From Prevotella sp. (lineage in GTDB: Bacteria > Bacteroidota > Bacteroidia > Bacteroidales > Bacteroidaceae): a DNA stretch of 64,000 nucleotides. Position 1 is the first letter of the stretch. The number at the start of each line of letters is the position of its first letter. Shown here piece by piece: positions 9,336 through 17,631 of the stretch. The notes below the pieces were generated by a model that had not been told where the DNA came from, did not search any database, and worked only from the letters and a program-made list of their open reading frames with translations. The stretch is taken from assembly GCA_052273435.1 (NCBI GenBank), contig DAVZIG010000001.1:51812-115811 (forward strand), read 5' to 3'. The position numbers and the translations under genes were made by a program.

Positions 9336-9872
9336 ATGTCATATATGCCTATTACGCTCCACGAACTTCTGGCGAGTCGTGACTCACGCCATGCCATGCA
9401 GCTTAGGTTGCTGGCAGAAAACCCGGGAAAGACACTGGTGTGCCTTACTGTTGTCATGCCAGGAAGCGTGAAGCGTAATTCGCAGTCGCTCACCGTGGCA
9501 CATGCCGCTGTTGAGGCCATGTGCAAGGCTTTCTGTCCCGAGGAAGACTGTCTTACGGAGCGTGACCTTGCAACAGGCTATGAGGCATATCTTCTCACTC
9601 CTATGCCGATGCTTGATGCAAAGCGTGTGGCGGTGAATATAGAGGATGCACATCCTCTCGGTAGGCTCTTCGACATCGACATCATTGACAAAGATGGAAT
9701 GCCTGTGTCAAGGGATAGAGTAGGAGGTGAACCTCGGCGTTGCCTCGTATGCAACCGCGAAGCGAGATATTGCATGAGGATGCGATGGCACACACAGGAA
9801 GAGATATTGGCAAAGGTCAATGAAATTGTGAATGAATATGGCAAGTGTCAAAGGAATGTTGACATATTATAA
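9336..9872 (+). CDS. citX: Citrate lyase holo-ACP synthase (apo-citrate lyase phosphoribosyl-dephospho-CoA transferase)
   Basis: LLASRDSR..Q, MPGSVK, TGYEA, IEDAHPLGRLFDID and RRCLVC...C.R..HT motifs; start placed at ATG 9336. Confidence 0.9.
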   Translation: MSYMPITLHELLASRDSRHAMQLRLLAENPGKTLVCLTVVMPGSVKRNSQSLTVAHAAVEAMCKAFCPEEDCLTERDLATGYEAYLLTPMPMLDAKRVAVNIEDAHPLGRLFDIDIIDKDGMPVSRDRVGGEPRRCLVCNREARYCMRMRWHTQEEILAKVNEIVNEYGKCQRNVDIL

Positions 9873-9933
9873 TATTTGTATAGTCTATGTGAATTTTAAG
9901 AATTAATATGTATAACTAAAAATATAAACAACA

Positions 9934-11709
9934 TTGGAAATGCACGAACTTCATCCAGCAATTCCCCGCCAATGCCGTCGGATAGAAGAATTTCTTCAGG
10001 GCAACGGTTTGCGCTACGACGACGTAGATTATTACGCCGTCCTCATCGACGAGTCGTCAGATGAGATTATTGCAGGAGGAGGACTTAAGGGTGGAGTTAT
10101 AAAGTGTGTGGCTGTGGCAGACGGACACAAGGGCGAGGCTGTGGCAAACCAAATTGTGTCGCATCTCATAGCCAAGGCGAATGCTGCAGGACACCAGTGT
10201 GTGAAATTGTATACCAAGCCACAAAACCGCCCGTTGTTTGAGAGTCTGTCGTTCAGATTTCTTGCCGAGGCTCCCGAGGCAATATTGATGGAGACGGGAG
10301 TTGGTGGAATAGGAAAGTATAGTGAAGAGTTAAGAGTGAGGAGTAAGGAATCCAGTAGCTATTCGTTAACAGGCAAAGGCAGCACCGACGCAGCCAAATG
10401 GTCTGTGGGTGTGATAGTGATGAATTGTAATCCCTTCACCCTTGGACACCGTTATCTTATAGAGCGGTCGTCAGAGTTGGTTGAAAGATTGTATGTTGTA
10501 GTCGTCAGGGAAGACTGCTCAATGTTCTCCTACAGCGAACGTAAGGCGATGGTGAGCCAAGGCGTGAAGGACTTAGGGAATGTTGTCGTAGTTGACGGTA
10601 GCGACTACGCTGTGAGCGCGACAACATTCCCAACTTACTTCCTAAAGCGTATTTCCGACGCTACCGATACACAGATACTTCTTGATCTCAACATATATAT
10701 GCGCCACATAGCCCCTGCTCTTGGAGCTACAGTGAGATTTGTAGGGTCTGAGCCTGCCGACCCTCTCACTCGGCGCTACAACGAACTTATGCGCCAGCAG
10801 CTTGGCGACGACCATATTTGTGAGATTCCACGTATGGAGATGGATGGCAATGCTGTCAGTGCGTCGCGTGTAAGACGAGCCATTGAGAATAATAGTCTGT
10901 GGGAAGCTATAAGACTTGTGCCACCCACCACTATACCTTATATAATAGCACACCTTGCCACACGGGCCTTGCAGGCTGAACTTGACACCACTCCCAAGCC
11001 TGGACTTGTGGACAAACGCGACAATGGAGCACATCATGACATGGACCATGCGCTGATGCAGCGGAGCATACGTGCTCTGCATCCTTACTTCGTTAGTTTG
11101 GCTCAGCTCGGATTCTCCTGTCCACACCCACGACATGAGGATATAGTGAGGATAGGCATAGAGGCTGAGCATGCTATGTTTGAAGCCACGGGAGGTGTGA
11201 ACACCTACAAGGGCGCGCTCTTTTCAATGGGATTGGCGGTGGTGGCTGTAGGAAGTGCGGTATTATGTCATAATCCACGCATTATAAGTTCCTTAATAGC
11301 TGCGCTTGCAAGTGAGTTTCCTGCCACTAAAGGCACACATGGCAGCAAGGCAAAGAAGAACGTTGGTTTGAAGGGGGCTCTTGAGAATGCCAACGATGGT
11401 TATCAGCAGCTCTTCAAAGCTTGGCTTCCGTTCTACGAAAACTGTTATGAGAGTGGCGACACACATGCTCTCCATAAGACTCTCTTGCGTATAATGTGCG
11501 ATCTTGATGACACAAACATTGTCTACCGCACATCACTTGAGACCATGCTCAAAGTGAAGGAGGAAGCCCGACAGACGCTCAACATCTTCTCCATTGCGGC
11601 TCTTGAGGCAATGAACAGCGATTTCATACGCCGCAACATCTCTCCCGGCGGAAGTGCCGATATGTTGTCGCTTGTTGTCTTTTTGTATACTGTTATACGC
11701 AAACAGTAA
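9934..11709 (+). CDS. citC-citG: Fused [citrate (pro-3S)-lyase] ligase CitC and triphosphoribosyl-dephospho-CoA synthase CitG
   Basis: N-terminal GNAT-like part plus VMNCNPFTLGH, SATTFPTYF, RFVGSEP and SASRVR (CitC); then TPKPGLVD, TGGVNTYKG and ISPGGSADML (CitG), all in one ORF. Confidence 0.9.
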   Translation: MEMHELHPAIPRQCRRIEEFLQGNGLRYDDVDYYAVLIDESSDEIIAGGGLKGGVIKCVAVADGHKGEAVANQIVSHLIAKANAAGHQCVKLYTKPQNRPLFESLSFRFLAEAPEAILMETGVGGIGKYSEELRVRSKESSSYSLTGKGSTDAAKWSVGVIVMNCNPFTLGHRYLIERSSELVERLYVVVVREDCSMFSYSERKAMVSQGVKDLGNVVVVDGSDYAVSATTFPTYFLKRISDATDTQILLDLNIYMRHIAPALGATVRFVGSEPADPLTRRYNELMRQQLGDDHICEIPRMEMDGNAVSASRVRRAIENNSLWEAIRLVPPTTIPYIIAHLATRALQAELDTTPKPGLVDKRDNGAHHDMDHALMQRSIRALHPYFVSLAQLGFSCPHPRHEDIVRIGIEAEHAMFEATGGVNTYKGALFSMGLAVVAVGSAVLCHNPRIISSLIAALASEFPATKGTHGSKAKKNVGLKGALENANDGYQQLFKAWLPFYENCYESGDTHALHKTLLRIMCDLDDTNIVYRTSLETMLKVKEEARQTLNIFSIAALEAMNSDFIRRNISPGGSADMLSLVVFLYTVIRKQ

Positions 11710-11838
11710 ACTTTTTGCGTTAAATATTCCGTATAAATCAATAAAAGACACAAAAAAGAAAGAAATAGTAACAATCTATATTGCTAACTAATAAAAAAGT
11801 AGTACCTTTATTCTTCGTAAACTAAAAACATTGACATT

Positions 11839-14079
11839 ATGGTTGAACTTATTAATCATGGAGTCTATCTCCTAAACGGAACTGAAGTCTGCGACGAGTA
11901 TCAGGGCATGACCCCCGATGAGGCTCGCGAGAACACTATCACATACGGAATTCTCCGTTCACACGATGTTGACGGGGCTAAAGGAAAGAAGATGCGCATT
12001 CGCTTCGACGCGATGATGTCGCACGACATCACTTATGTGGGCATCATTCAGACAGCTCGCGCCAGTGGTTTGGAAGAATTCCCCCTGCCTTATGCCATGA
12101 CCAACTGCCACAACTCGCTTTGCGCTGTAGGTGGAACAATCAATGAGGACGACCACGTATTCGGACTCTCAGCTGCCAAGAAGTATGGCGGTATCTATGT
12201 GCCTGCCAACCAGGCTGTCATCCACCAGTATGCAAGAGAGATGATGGTGAAGTGTGGCAACATGATTCTTGGTTCCGACTCTCACACACGCTATGGCTCA
12301 CTCGGCAACATGGGTGTAGGCGAAGGCGGTGGCGAGCTTGTGAAGCAGCTCCTCAAGAACACTTGGGATATCAACGCTCCTGAGGTTGTTCTTGTATGGC
12401 TTGAGGGTAAGCCTAAGAAGGGTGTCGGTCCTCACGACGTTGCCATCTCGCTCGTTAAGGCTACATTCGAGAGTGGCGTTGTGAAGAACAAGGTGCTTGA
12501 GTTTGCAGGTCCTGGCGTTAAGGAGTTGCCTATCGACTTCCGCAATGGTATTGACATCATGACCACCGAGACTACTTGTTTGAGTAGTATCTGGGTGACT
12601 GATGACGAGGTGAAGCATCACTACGAGATTCACGAGCGTCCGCAGGACTTCCGCGAGCTCAAGCCTGGCAACGTGGCTTACTATGATATGATGATTCGCA
12701 TCGACCTCTCTTCGCAGGAGTCTATGATTGCATTGCCATTCCATCCGTCGAACGCAGTTACTATACATGAGCTTCAGGCCGACCCTGTGGGTATTCTCAC
12801 ACGCATTGAGGAAGATGCCAAGAAGCGTTTCGGTGATAAGGTTGATGTTCATCTCGTTGACAAGGTTGTTGATGGAAAGGTTTATGCCGACCAGGGAATC
12901 ATCGCTGGATGTTCAGGCGGTACATACGACAACCTCGCTGAGGCTGCTGCCATTATCAAGGGCAAGAGCATAGGCAACGACTACTTCACGGCTTCTGCTT
13001 ATCCGCAGTCAACTCCAGTATCTATGGCTGTCACACGCGAGGGCATCACTGCCGACCTCATGGAGGCTGGCGTAGTGATGAAGCCTGCATTCTGTGGTCC
13101 TTGCTTTGGTGCTGGCGACGTACCTTCAAACAATGGTTTGAGTATCCGTCACACAACACGCAACTTCCCCAACCGCGAAGGTTCTAAGCCGGGTCAGGGC
13201 CAGCTCTCATTGGTAGCTCTTATGGATGCACGCTCTATCGCTGCTACAGCAGCCAACGGTGGTGTGATTACTGCAGCTACAGATGTTGAATACGAGAATA
13301 CACACAAGCCATACCAGTATGACGACAAGATCTACAAGTGCCGCGTATACAATGGCTTCGGCAAGGCTAAGCCAGAGACAGAGCTTCGCTATGGTCCTAA
13401 CATCAAGGATTGGCCTAAGATGTATCCGATGCAGGAAAACATGCTCGTAGAGCTTGCTGCCGTTATCCACGACCCAGTGACAACTACCGACGAGCTTATT
13501 CCTTCAGGCGAGACAAGTTCTTATCGCTCTAACCCATTGAAGCTCTCTGAATTTGCTCTCTCTCGCCGTGTGCCTGAGTATGTTGGCTTGAGCAAGGAGA
13601 TACAGAAGCAAGACCTCGCGCGCCGTGAGGGTAATGTAAGCGAGAATGTGGCTGAGGCTCTCAAGGCTGTTGGCGCAACAGCTGATAATACATCATTCGG
13701 CTCTTGCGTATTCGCCAACCGTCCTGGCGACGGTTCTGCACGTGAGCAGGCTGCCAGCTGCCAGAAGGTGCTTGGTGGTGATGCCAACATCTGCTACGAG
13801 TATGCTACAAAGCGCTATCGCTCCAACTGTATCAACTGGGGTATCGTGCCGTTCACAATCGCTAAGGACGTTGAGTTCAACTTCGAGCCAGGCGACAAGG
13901 TGTTCATACCAGGTATTCGTGAGGCAATGCTCTCGGGCAAGGAGGAAATTGACGCTAAGGTAATCACCAAGAATGGTGTTCAGCCTATCCACCTCTTCTT
14001 CCAGAACTTGACAGCCAACGAGCGTCAGATTTTGGCAGACGGCTGCTTGATGAACTATTATGCTTCGTCTAAACGCTGA
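11839..14079 (+). CDS. Aconitase-family hydratase (YbhJ-like), probably acting as aconitate hydratase
   Basis: SHDIT, NCHNS, GSDSHTR, 4Fe-4S ligands AGCSGG and FCGPCFG, TTRNFPNREG, TTDELIP and GDGSAREQA; adjacent to icd. Confidence 0.85.
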   Translation: MVELINHGVYLLNGTEVCDEYQGMTPDEARENTITYGILRSHDVDGAKGKKMRIRFDAMMSHDITYVGIIQTARASGLEEFPLPYAMTNCHNSLCAVGGTINEDDHVFGLSAAKKYGGIYVPANQAVIHQYAREMMVKCGNMILGSDSHTRYGSLGNMGVGEGGGELVKQLLKNTWDINAPEVVLVWLEGKPKKGVGPHDVAISLVKATFESGVVKNKVLEFAGPGVKELPIDFRNGIDIMTTETTCLSSIWVTDDEVKHHYEIHERPQDFRELKPGNVAYYDMMIRIDLSSQESMIALPFHPSNAVTIHELQADPVGILTRIEEDAKKRFGDKVDVHLVDKVVDGKVYADQGIIAGCSGGTYDNLAEAAAIIKGKSIGNDYFTASAYPQSTPVSMAVTREGITADLMEAGVVMKPAFCGPCFGAGDVPSNNGLSIRHTTRNFPNREGSKPGQGQLSLVALMDARSIAATAANGGVITAATDVEYENTHKPYQYDDKIYKCRVYNGFGKAKPETELRYGPNIKDWPKMYPMQENMLVELAAVIHDPVTTTDELIPSGETSSYRSNPLKLSEFALSRRVPEYVGLSKEIQKQDLARREGNVSENVAEALKAVGATADNTSFGSCVFANRPGDGSAREQAASCQKVLGGDANICYEYATKRYRSNCINWGIVPFTIAKDVEFNFEPGDKVFIPGIREAMLSGKEEIDAKVITKNGVQPIHLFFQNLTANERQILADGCLMNYYASSKR

Positions 14080-14093
14080 AGCAATCAGAAATC

Positions 14094-14229
14094 TTGAGTT
14101 TTGAATTGTAGGCTATGTCGATTGTGAATTATCCAATTTGGAATTGGCGGGACAATTCAAAACTCAATACTCAAAACTCAATAAATAAAAAATTGCCAAC
14201 GGCAACAATTCAAAAAGTCAAAACTCATA
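14094..14229. repeat. Heptamer-rich (TTTTGAA/TTTTGAG) hairpin element, copy 1
   Basis: Perfect 16-bp inverted repeat ttgagttttgaattgt (14094-14109) / acaattcaaaactcaa (14152-14167), followed by further aactcaa-type heptamers. Confidence 0.75.
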
Positions 14230-14241
14230 ATAAATATTACT

Positions 14242-15453
14242 ATGGCACAGAAAATTCAGATGACTACTCCTATCGTTGAGATGGATGGCGACGAGATGAC
14301 CCGTATATTGTGGAAGATGATTAAGGATGAGCTTATTCTTCCTTATGTTGACCTCAAGTCGGAATATTACGACCTTGGTCTTGTTAAGCGCGACGAGACA
14401 GGCGACCAGATAACAAAGGACGCAGCCGAGGCTACAAAGCGTCTTGGCGTTGCTGTGAAGTGTGCTACCATCACACCTAATCATCAGCGCATGGACGAAT
14501 ATAAGCTTCATCAGATGTGGAAGAGTCCTAACGGCACTATCCGTTCAATCCTTGACGGTACTGTATTCCGTACTCCTATCACCATCCCGAGCATCCATCC
14601 GGCAGTGAAGAATTGGGAGAAGCCTATCACTATCGCTCGTCACGCTTATGGCGATGTATATAAGAGTGTTGAGATTCGTGCCGACGAGCCAGGCGTTGCC
14701 AAGCTCATATTCGATGGCGAGAGTGGCAAGCACGAGGAAGTGGTTGTACACACATTCAAGGGAGCTGGCGTGCTTCAGGCAATGCACAACACCGACAAGT
14801 CAATCCGTTCGTTTGCTCACTCTTGCTTCAAGTTTGCTCTTGACACCAATCAGAGCCTCTGGTTCTCAACCAAGGATACCATCTCTAAGAAGTATGACGC
14901 ACAGTTCAAGATTATCTTCTACGATGTATTCGAGGAGTATAAGGACGAGTTTGAGAAGCGTGGATTGGAGTTCTTCTATACTCTTATCGATGATGCCGTG
15001 GCTCGCGTTATCCGTTCGAAGGGTGGCTTCATATGGGCTTGCAAGAACTACGACGGCGACGTGATGTCCGACATGGTTTCTACAGCATTTGGTTCGTTGG
15101 CAATGATGACCTCTGTGCTCGTTTCGCCCGATGGCAAGTATGAGTATGAGGCTGCTCACGGTACAGTTACACGCCACTACTACAAGTATCTCAAGGGAGA
15201 GGAGACATCAACCAACCCGATGGCTACAATCTTCGCATGGAGCGGTGCATTGCGCAAGCGTGGTGAGATGGACTCATTGCCTGAGCTTGTGAACTTTGGC
15301 AACCAGCTTGAGGCTGCCTGCTTCGACACTCTCAACGAGGGCATCGTGACAAAGGACCTCGCAGGACTTATGGAGGGTGTTACTCCGCAGACCAAGACTT
15401 CTGCCGGATTCATCGCCGCAATACGCGAGCGTTTGGAGAAACGACTTGGATGA
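14242..15453 (+). CDS. icd: NADP-dependent isocitrate dehydrogenase (homodimeric, eukaryote-like subfamily)
   Basis: VEMDGDEMTR, KCATITP, MWKSPNGTIR, ARHAYGD, WACKNYDGDVMSD and EAAHGTVTRH motifs. Confidence 0.97.
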   Translation: MAQKIQMTTPIVEMDGDEMTRILWKMIKDELILPYVDLKSEYYDLGLVKRDETGDQITKDAAEATKRLGVAVKCATITPNHQRMDEYKLHQMWKSPNGTIRSILDGTVFRTPITIPSIHPAVKNWEKPITIARHAYGDVYKSVEIRADEPGVAKLIFDGESGKHEEVVVHTFKGAGVLQAMHNTDKSIRSFAHSCFKFALDTNQSLWFSTKDTISKKYDAQFKIIFYDVFEEYKDEFEKRGLEFFYTLIDDAVARVIRSKGGFIWACKNYDGDVMSDMVSTAFGSLAMMTSVLVSPDGKYEYEAAHGTVTRHYYKYLKGEETSTNPMATIFAWSGALRKRGEMDSLPELVNFGNQLEAACFDTLNEGIVTKDLAGLMEGVTPQTKTSAGFIAAIRERLEKRLG

Positions 15454-15558
15454 AGGGTTAATTGACTATTGACAATAATGATTTGTTTGTTTTTTTCTAC
15501 TTTTGATTGATGTGGCAGACAAATCGCTTCGGATATTTGGATGAACCCAAATATGAGC

Positions 15559-15611
15559 AATAAATAAGTAGGAGGTGGGGTTGATATAATCCAATCTCCT
15601 ACTTATTTATT
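15559..15611. terminator. Hairpin/terminator downstream of icd
   Basis: Perfect 16-bp arms aataaataagtaggag / ctcctacttatttatt. Confidence 0.65.
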
Positions 15612-15691
15612 ATGCATATATTATAGATATAATAAGATTTTAATCGTTTCTTTCATCTTTTTTCTATATTTTTGCATAGATTATCTAAACA

Positions 15692-16861
15692 ATGCAACTT
15701 ATGGACGAAATAAACTTATTATACCTTATTTATGGCATGTGCATAATGTTCCATCTGATGATGGGATGGGTGTTCTGTTGTAGGAAAACAGGACTCGTGA
15801 AGAAGCTCATAGGCTTGCTGATGCTTCTTGTTGCTGTGCAATATGCCAAGGACCTTGTGTTTATACGAGGTTTCTATTCCGACGACCAGCTTATGGAGCG
15901 CATAGCATCGAGCATCGACATTGTCACAGTGCCGCTATACGTGCTTATACTGATAGAGTTTTGTCGTCCCGGCTGGCTCACGATGCGTATGGCTCTGTTA
16001 TTTGAGCTTCCATTCATGGTGCTCTCGCTGCTGTTCATGACGATGCGGTATCCCTTCTTATTTAATGCAATGGTGGCTCTTTCTGGTGCCTACGGTGTTG
16101 GTTGCGCTATATGGACTTTGTGTGAGTTGCCCCGCTATCATCGCCGATTGAAGGAGGAGTATTCCTACGACGAGGACATAAACTTGCATTGGATGCGCGG
16201 AGTGATGGTGCTATTCTTTGTGATATTGATGATATGGGTAGTGGGAAATGTCTACGCCACACCTTTCACCGACATACTCTACATGACAAGTTCGCTCATA
16301 GGATGGTCGGTAGTGTGCTATTTCATCAACAAGCAAGAGATAGTGCTACAGGATGTGATAAACTCCGTGTCGTCCGTTTCGCAATGTGATGAAGAGACAA
16401 TACAACCTCTTTCACGGGCCAATTGTAAAATTGCCTATCCCCTTTCGCAGTCGAATGAGTCTATGGGTGCTCTTTCGCAGACATCAGGCGGTACAAAACA
16501 ACCCCATTCGCAAATAGTCGACGAGGATATGGAGTCGCTTGATAAGCGGTTGAAGGATATTTTCGAGCATGACAAGGTGTATCTTGAACCTAAGCTGCGA
16601 CTCTCGGAACTCGCTGTGCGCCTTGGCACTAACCGCACTTATCTAAGCCAGTATTTCAATCAAAGTTGTGCTCAATCGTTCTATGAATACGTAAACAACT
16701 ATCGTGTACAGTATTCCATGCAGCTCCTTCGCAATACAAGCTACAACCTTGATGTGGTGGCATCAATGTCGGGTTTCAACTCTATGTCGACATTCCGTCG
16801 TGCCTTCTTACATGTCAACGGCATCAGTCCGCAGCAATATAGGGCTTGCAATGTATTATAA
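15692..16861 (+). CDS. AraC-family transcriptional regulator with a multi-pass membrane N-terminal sensor domain
   Basis: About seven hydrophobic segments, then YLEPKLRLSELAVRLGTNRTYLS...FYEYVNNYRV...SGFNSMSTFRRAF....G.SP..YR (AraC HTH). Confidence 0.9.
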   Translation: MQLMDEINLLYLIYGMCIMFHLMMGWVFCCRKTGLVKKLIGLLMLLVAVQYAKDLVFIRGFYSDDQLMERIASSIDIVTVPLYVLILIEFCRPGWLTMRMALLFELPFMVLSLLFMTMRYPFLFNAMVALSGAYGVGCAIWTLCELPRYHRRLKEEYSYDEDINLHWMRGVMVLFFVILMIWVVGNVYATPFTDILYMTSSLIGWSVVCYFINKQEIVLQDVINSVSSVSQCDEETIQPLSRANCKIAYPLSQSNESMGALSQTSGGTKQPHSQIVDEDMESLDKRLKDIFEHDKVYLEPKLRLSELAVRLGTNRTYLSQYFNQSCAQSFYEYVNNYRVQYSMQLLRNTSYNLDVVASMSGFNSMSTFRRAFLHVNGISPQQYRACNVL

Positions 16862-16922
16862 TAGGGTTTCAAATTGTAAAAATCAGCGTGTAATAATACA
16901 AAGTTACATGTTTTTTATGATT

Positions 16923-16978
16923 TGATACAATGTATTTACTTTATGACACAGATCTTTGGGAATAAATTCTTAACTTTG
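16923..16978 (+). promoter_or_regulatory. Putative AraC-activated promoter: TGAYACA direct repeats plus a -7 box
   Basis: tgataca at 16923 and tgacaca at 16944 (21-bp spacing), upstream of TAACTTTG at 16971-16978. Confidence 0.5.
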
Positions 16979-17114
16979 CGGTGTGTAAAAAATTATATCA
17001 TATTTAAGAATATGAAGTGCAAAGGTTAATAACCAACCCAAAAACATCACGATATAAAGGTTATAAAGTAAAAAAAGCAGTTTGTAATTGTTTGATAATC
17101 AAGAAAAGAGTGGT

Positions 17115-17148
17115 GACCGCTTGGCAGTGATGCCGGGCGGTCTTTTTT
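17115..17148 (+). terminator. Intrinsic terminator
   Basis: gaccgcttggca-gtga-tgccgggcggtc followed by TTTTTT. Confidence 0.85.
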
Positions 17149-17278
17149 GTGTGTATGGTCGGTATGAACATTGTCTAATGTGGTGAAAATTACGAGTGGG
17201 TCATAAATAGCGTGAATTATATAGCCAGTCAATTGAGGTATATCCGATATTCAGAATGATAAAACAGAAGCAGTCTCT

Positions 17279-17376
17279 CAGTACCGTTCCCAGTACCATT
17301 GAATTGGTACTGGAGTTTCATACGGCTGGTACTGGAGTTTCATATGGCTGGTACTGCAGTGTCACTCAATTGGTAC
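17279..17376. repeat. 22-bp tandem repeat (TGGTACTGGAGTTTCATAYGGC-like) with inverted CAGTACC half-sites
   Basis: tggtac starts at 17305, 17327, 17349 and 17371; ccagtacca-ttgaat-tggtactgg hairpin at 17290-17313. Confidence 0.75.
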
Positions 17377-17631
17377 AGTGACATCATTATTATGACGTTT
17401 ACTTCCTATTTGCACGGCAGCTTGTTCACCAATGGAATCACTCATCAAGTCAAGGATGATGACGGAGGAAAGCGAATAATATCGCATCACTAGTAATTTA
17501 AAATCAAATCTTTCATAGTGTTTTGACTGATGAATTGTTGTTAAATGAGGCAACTTCAAAAAGAACTTTGTATAGTTCTAAAATCGGTTGCCTCAGTAAC
17601 ACCTAATAAAATCTTTTTTACCTTGTTATTA

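Noticed and set aside
17279..17376. Possible mini-CRISPR
   Set aside because: The 22-bp period leaves no spacer-sized unique sequence, and there are no cas genes.
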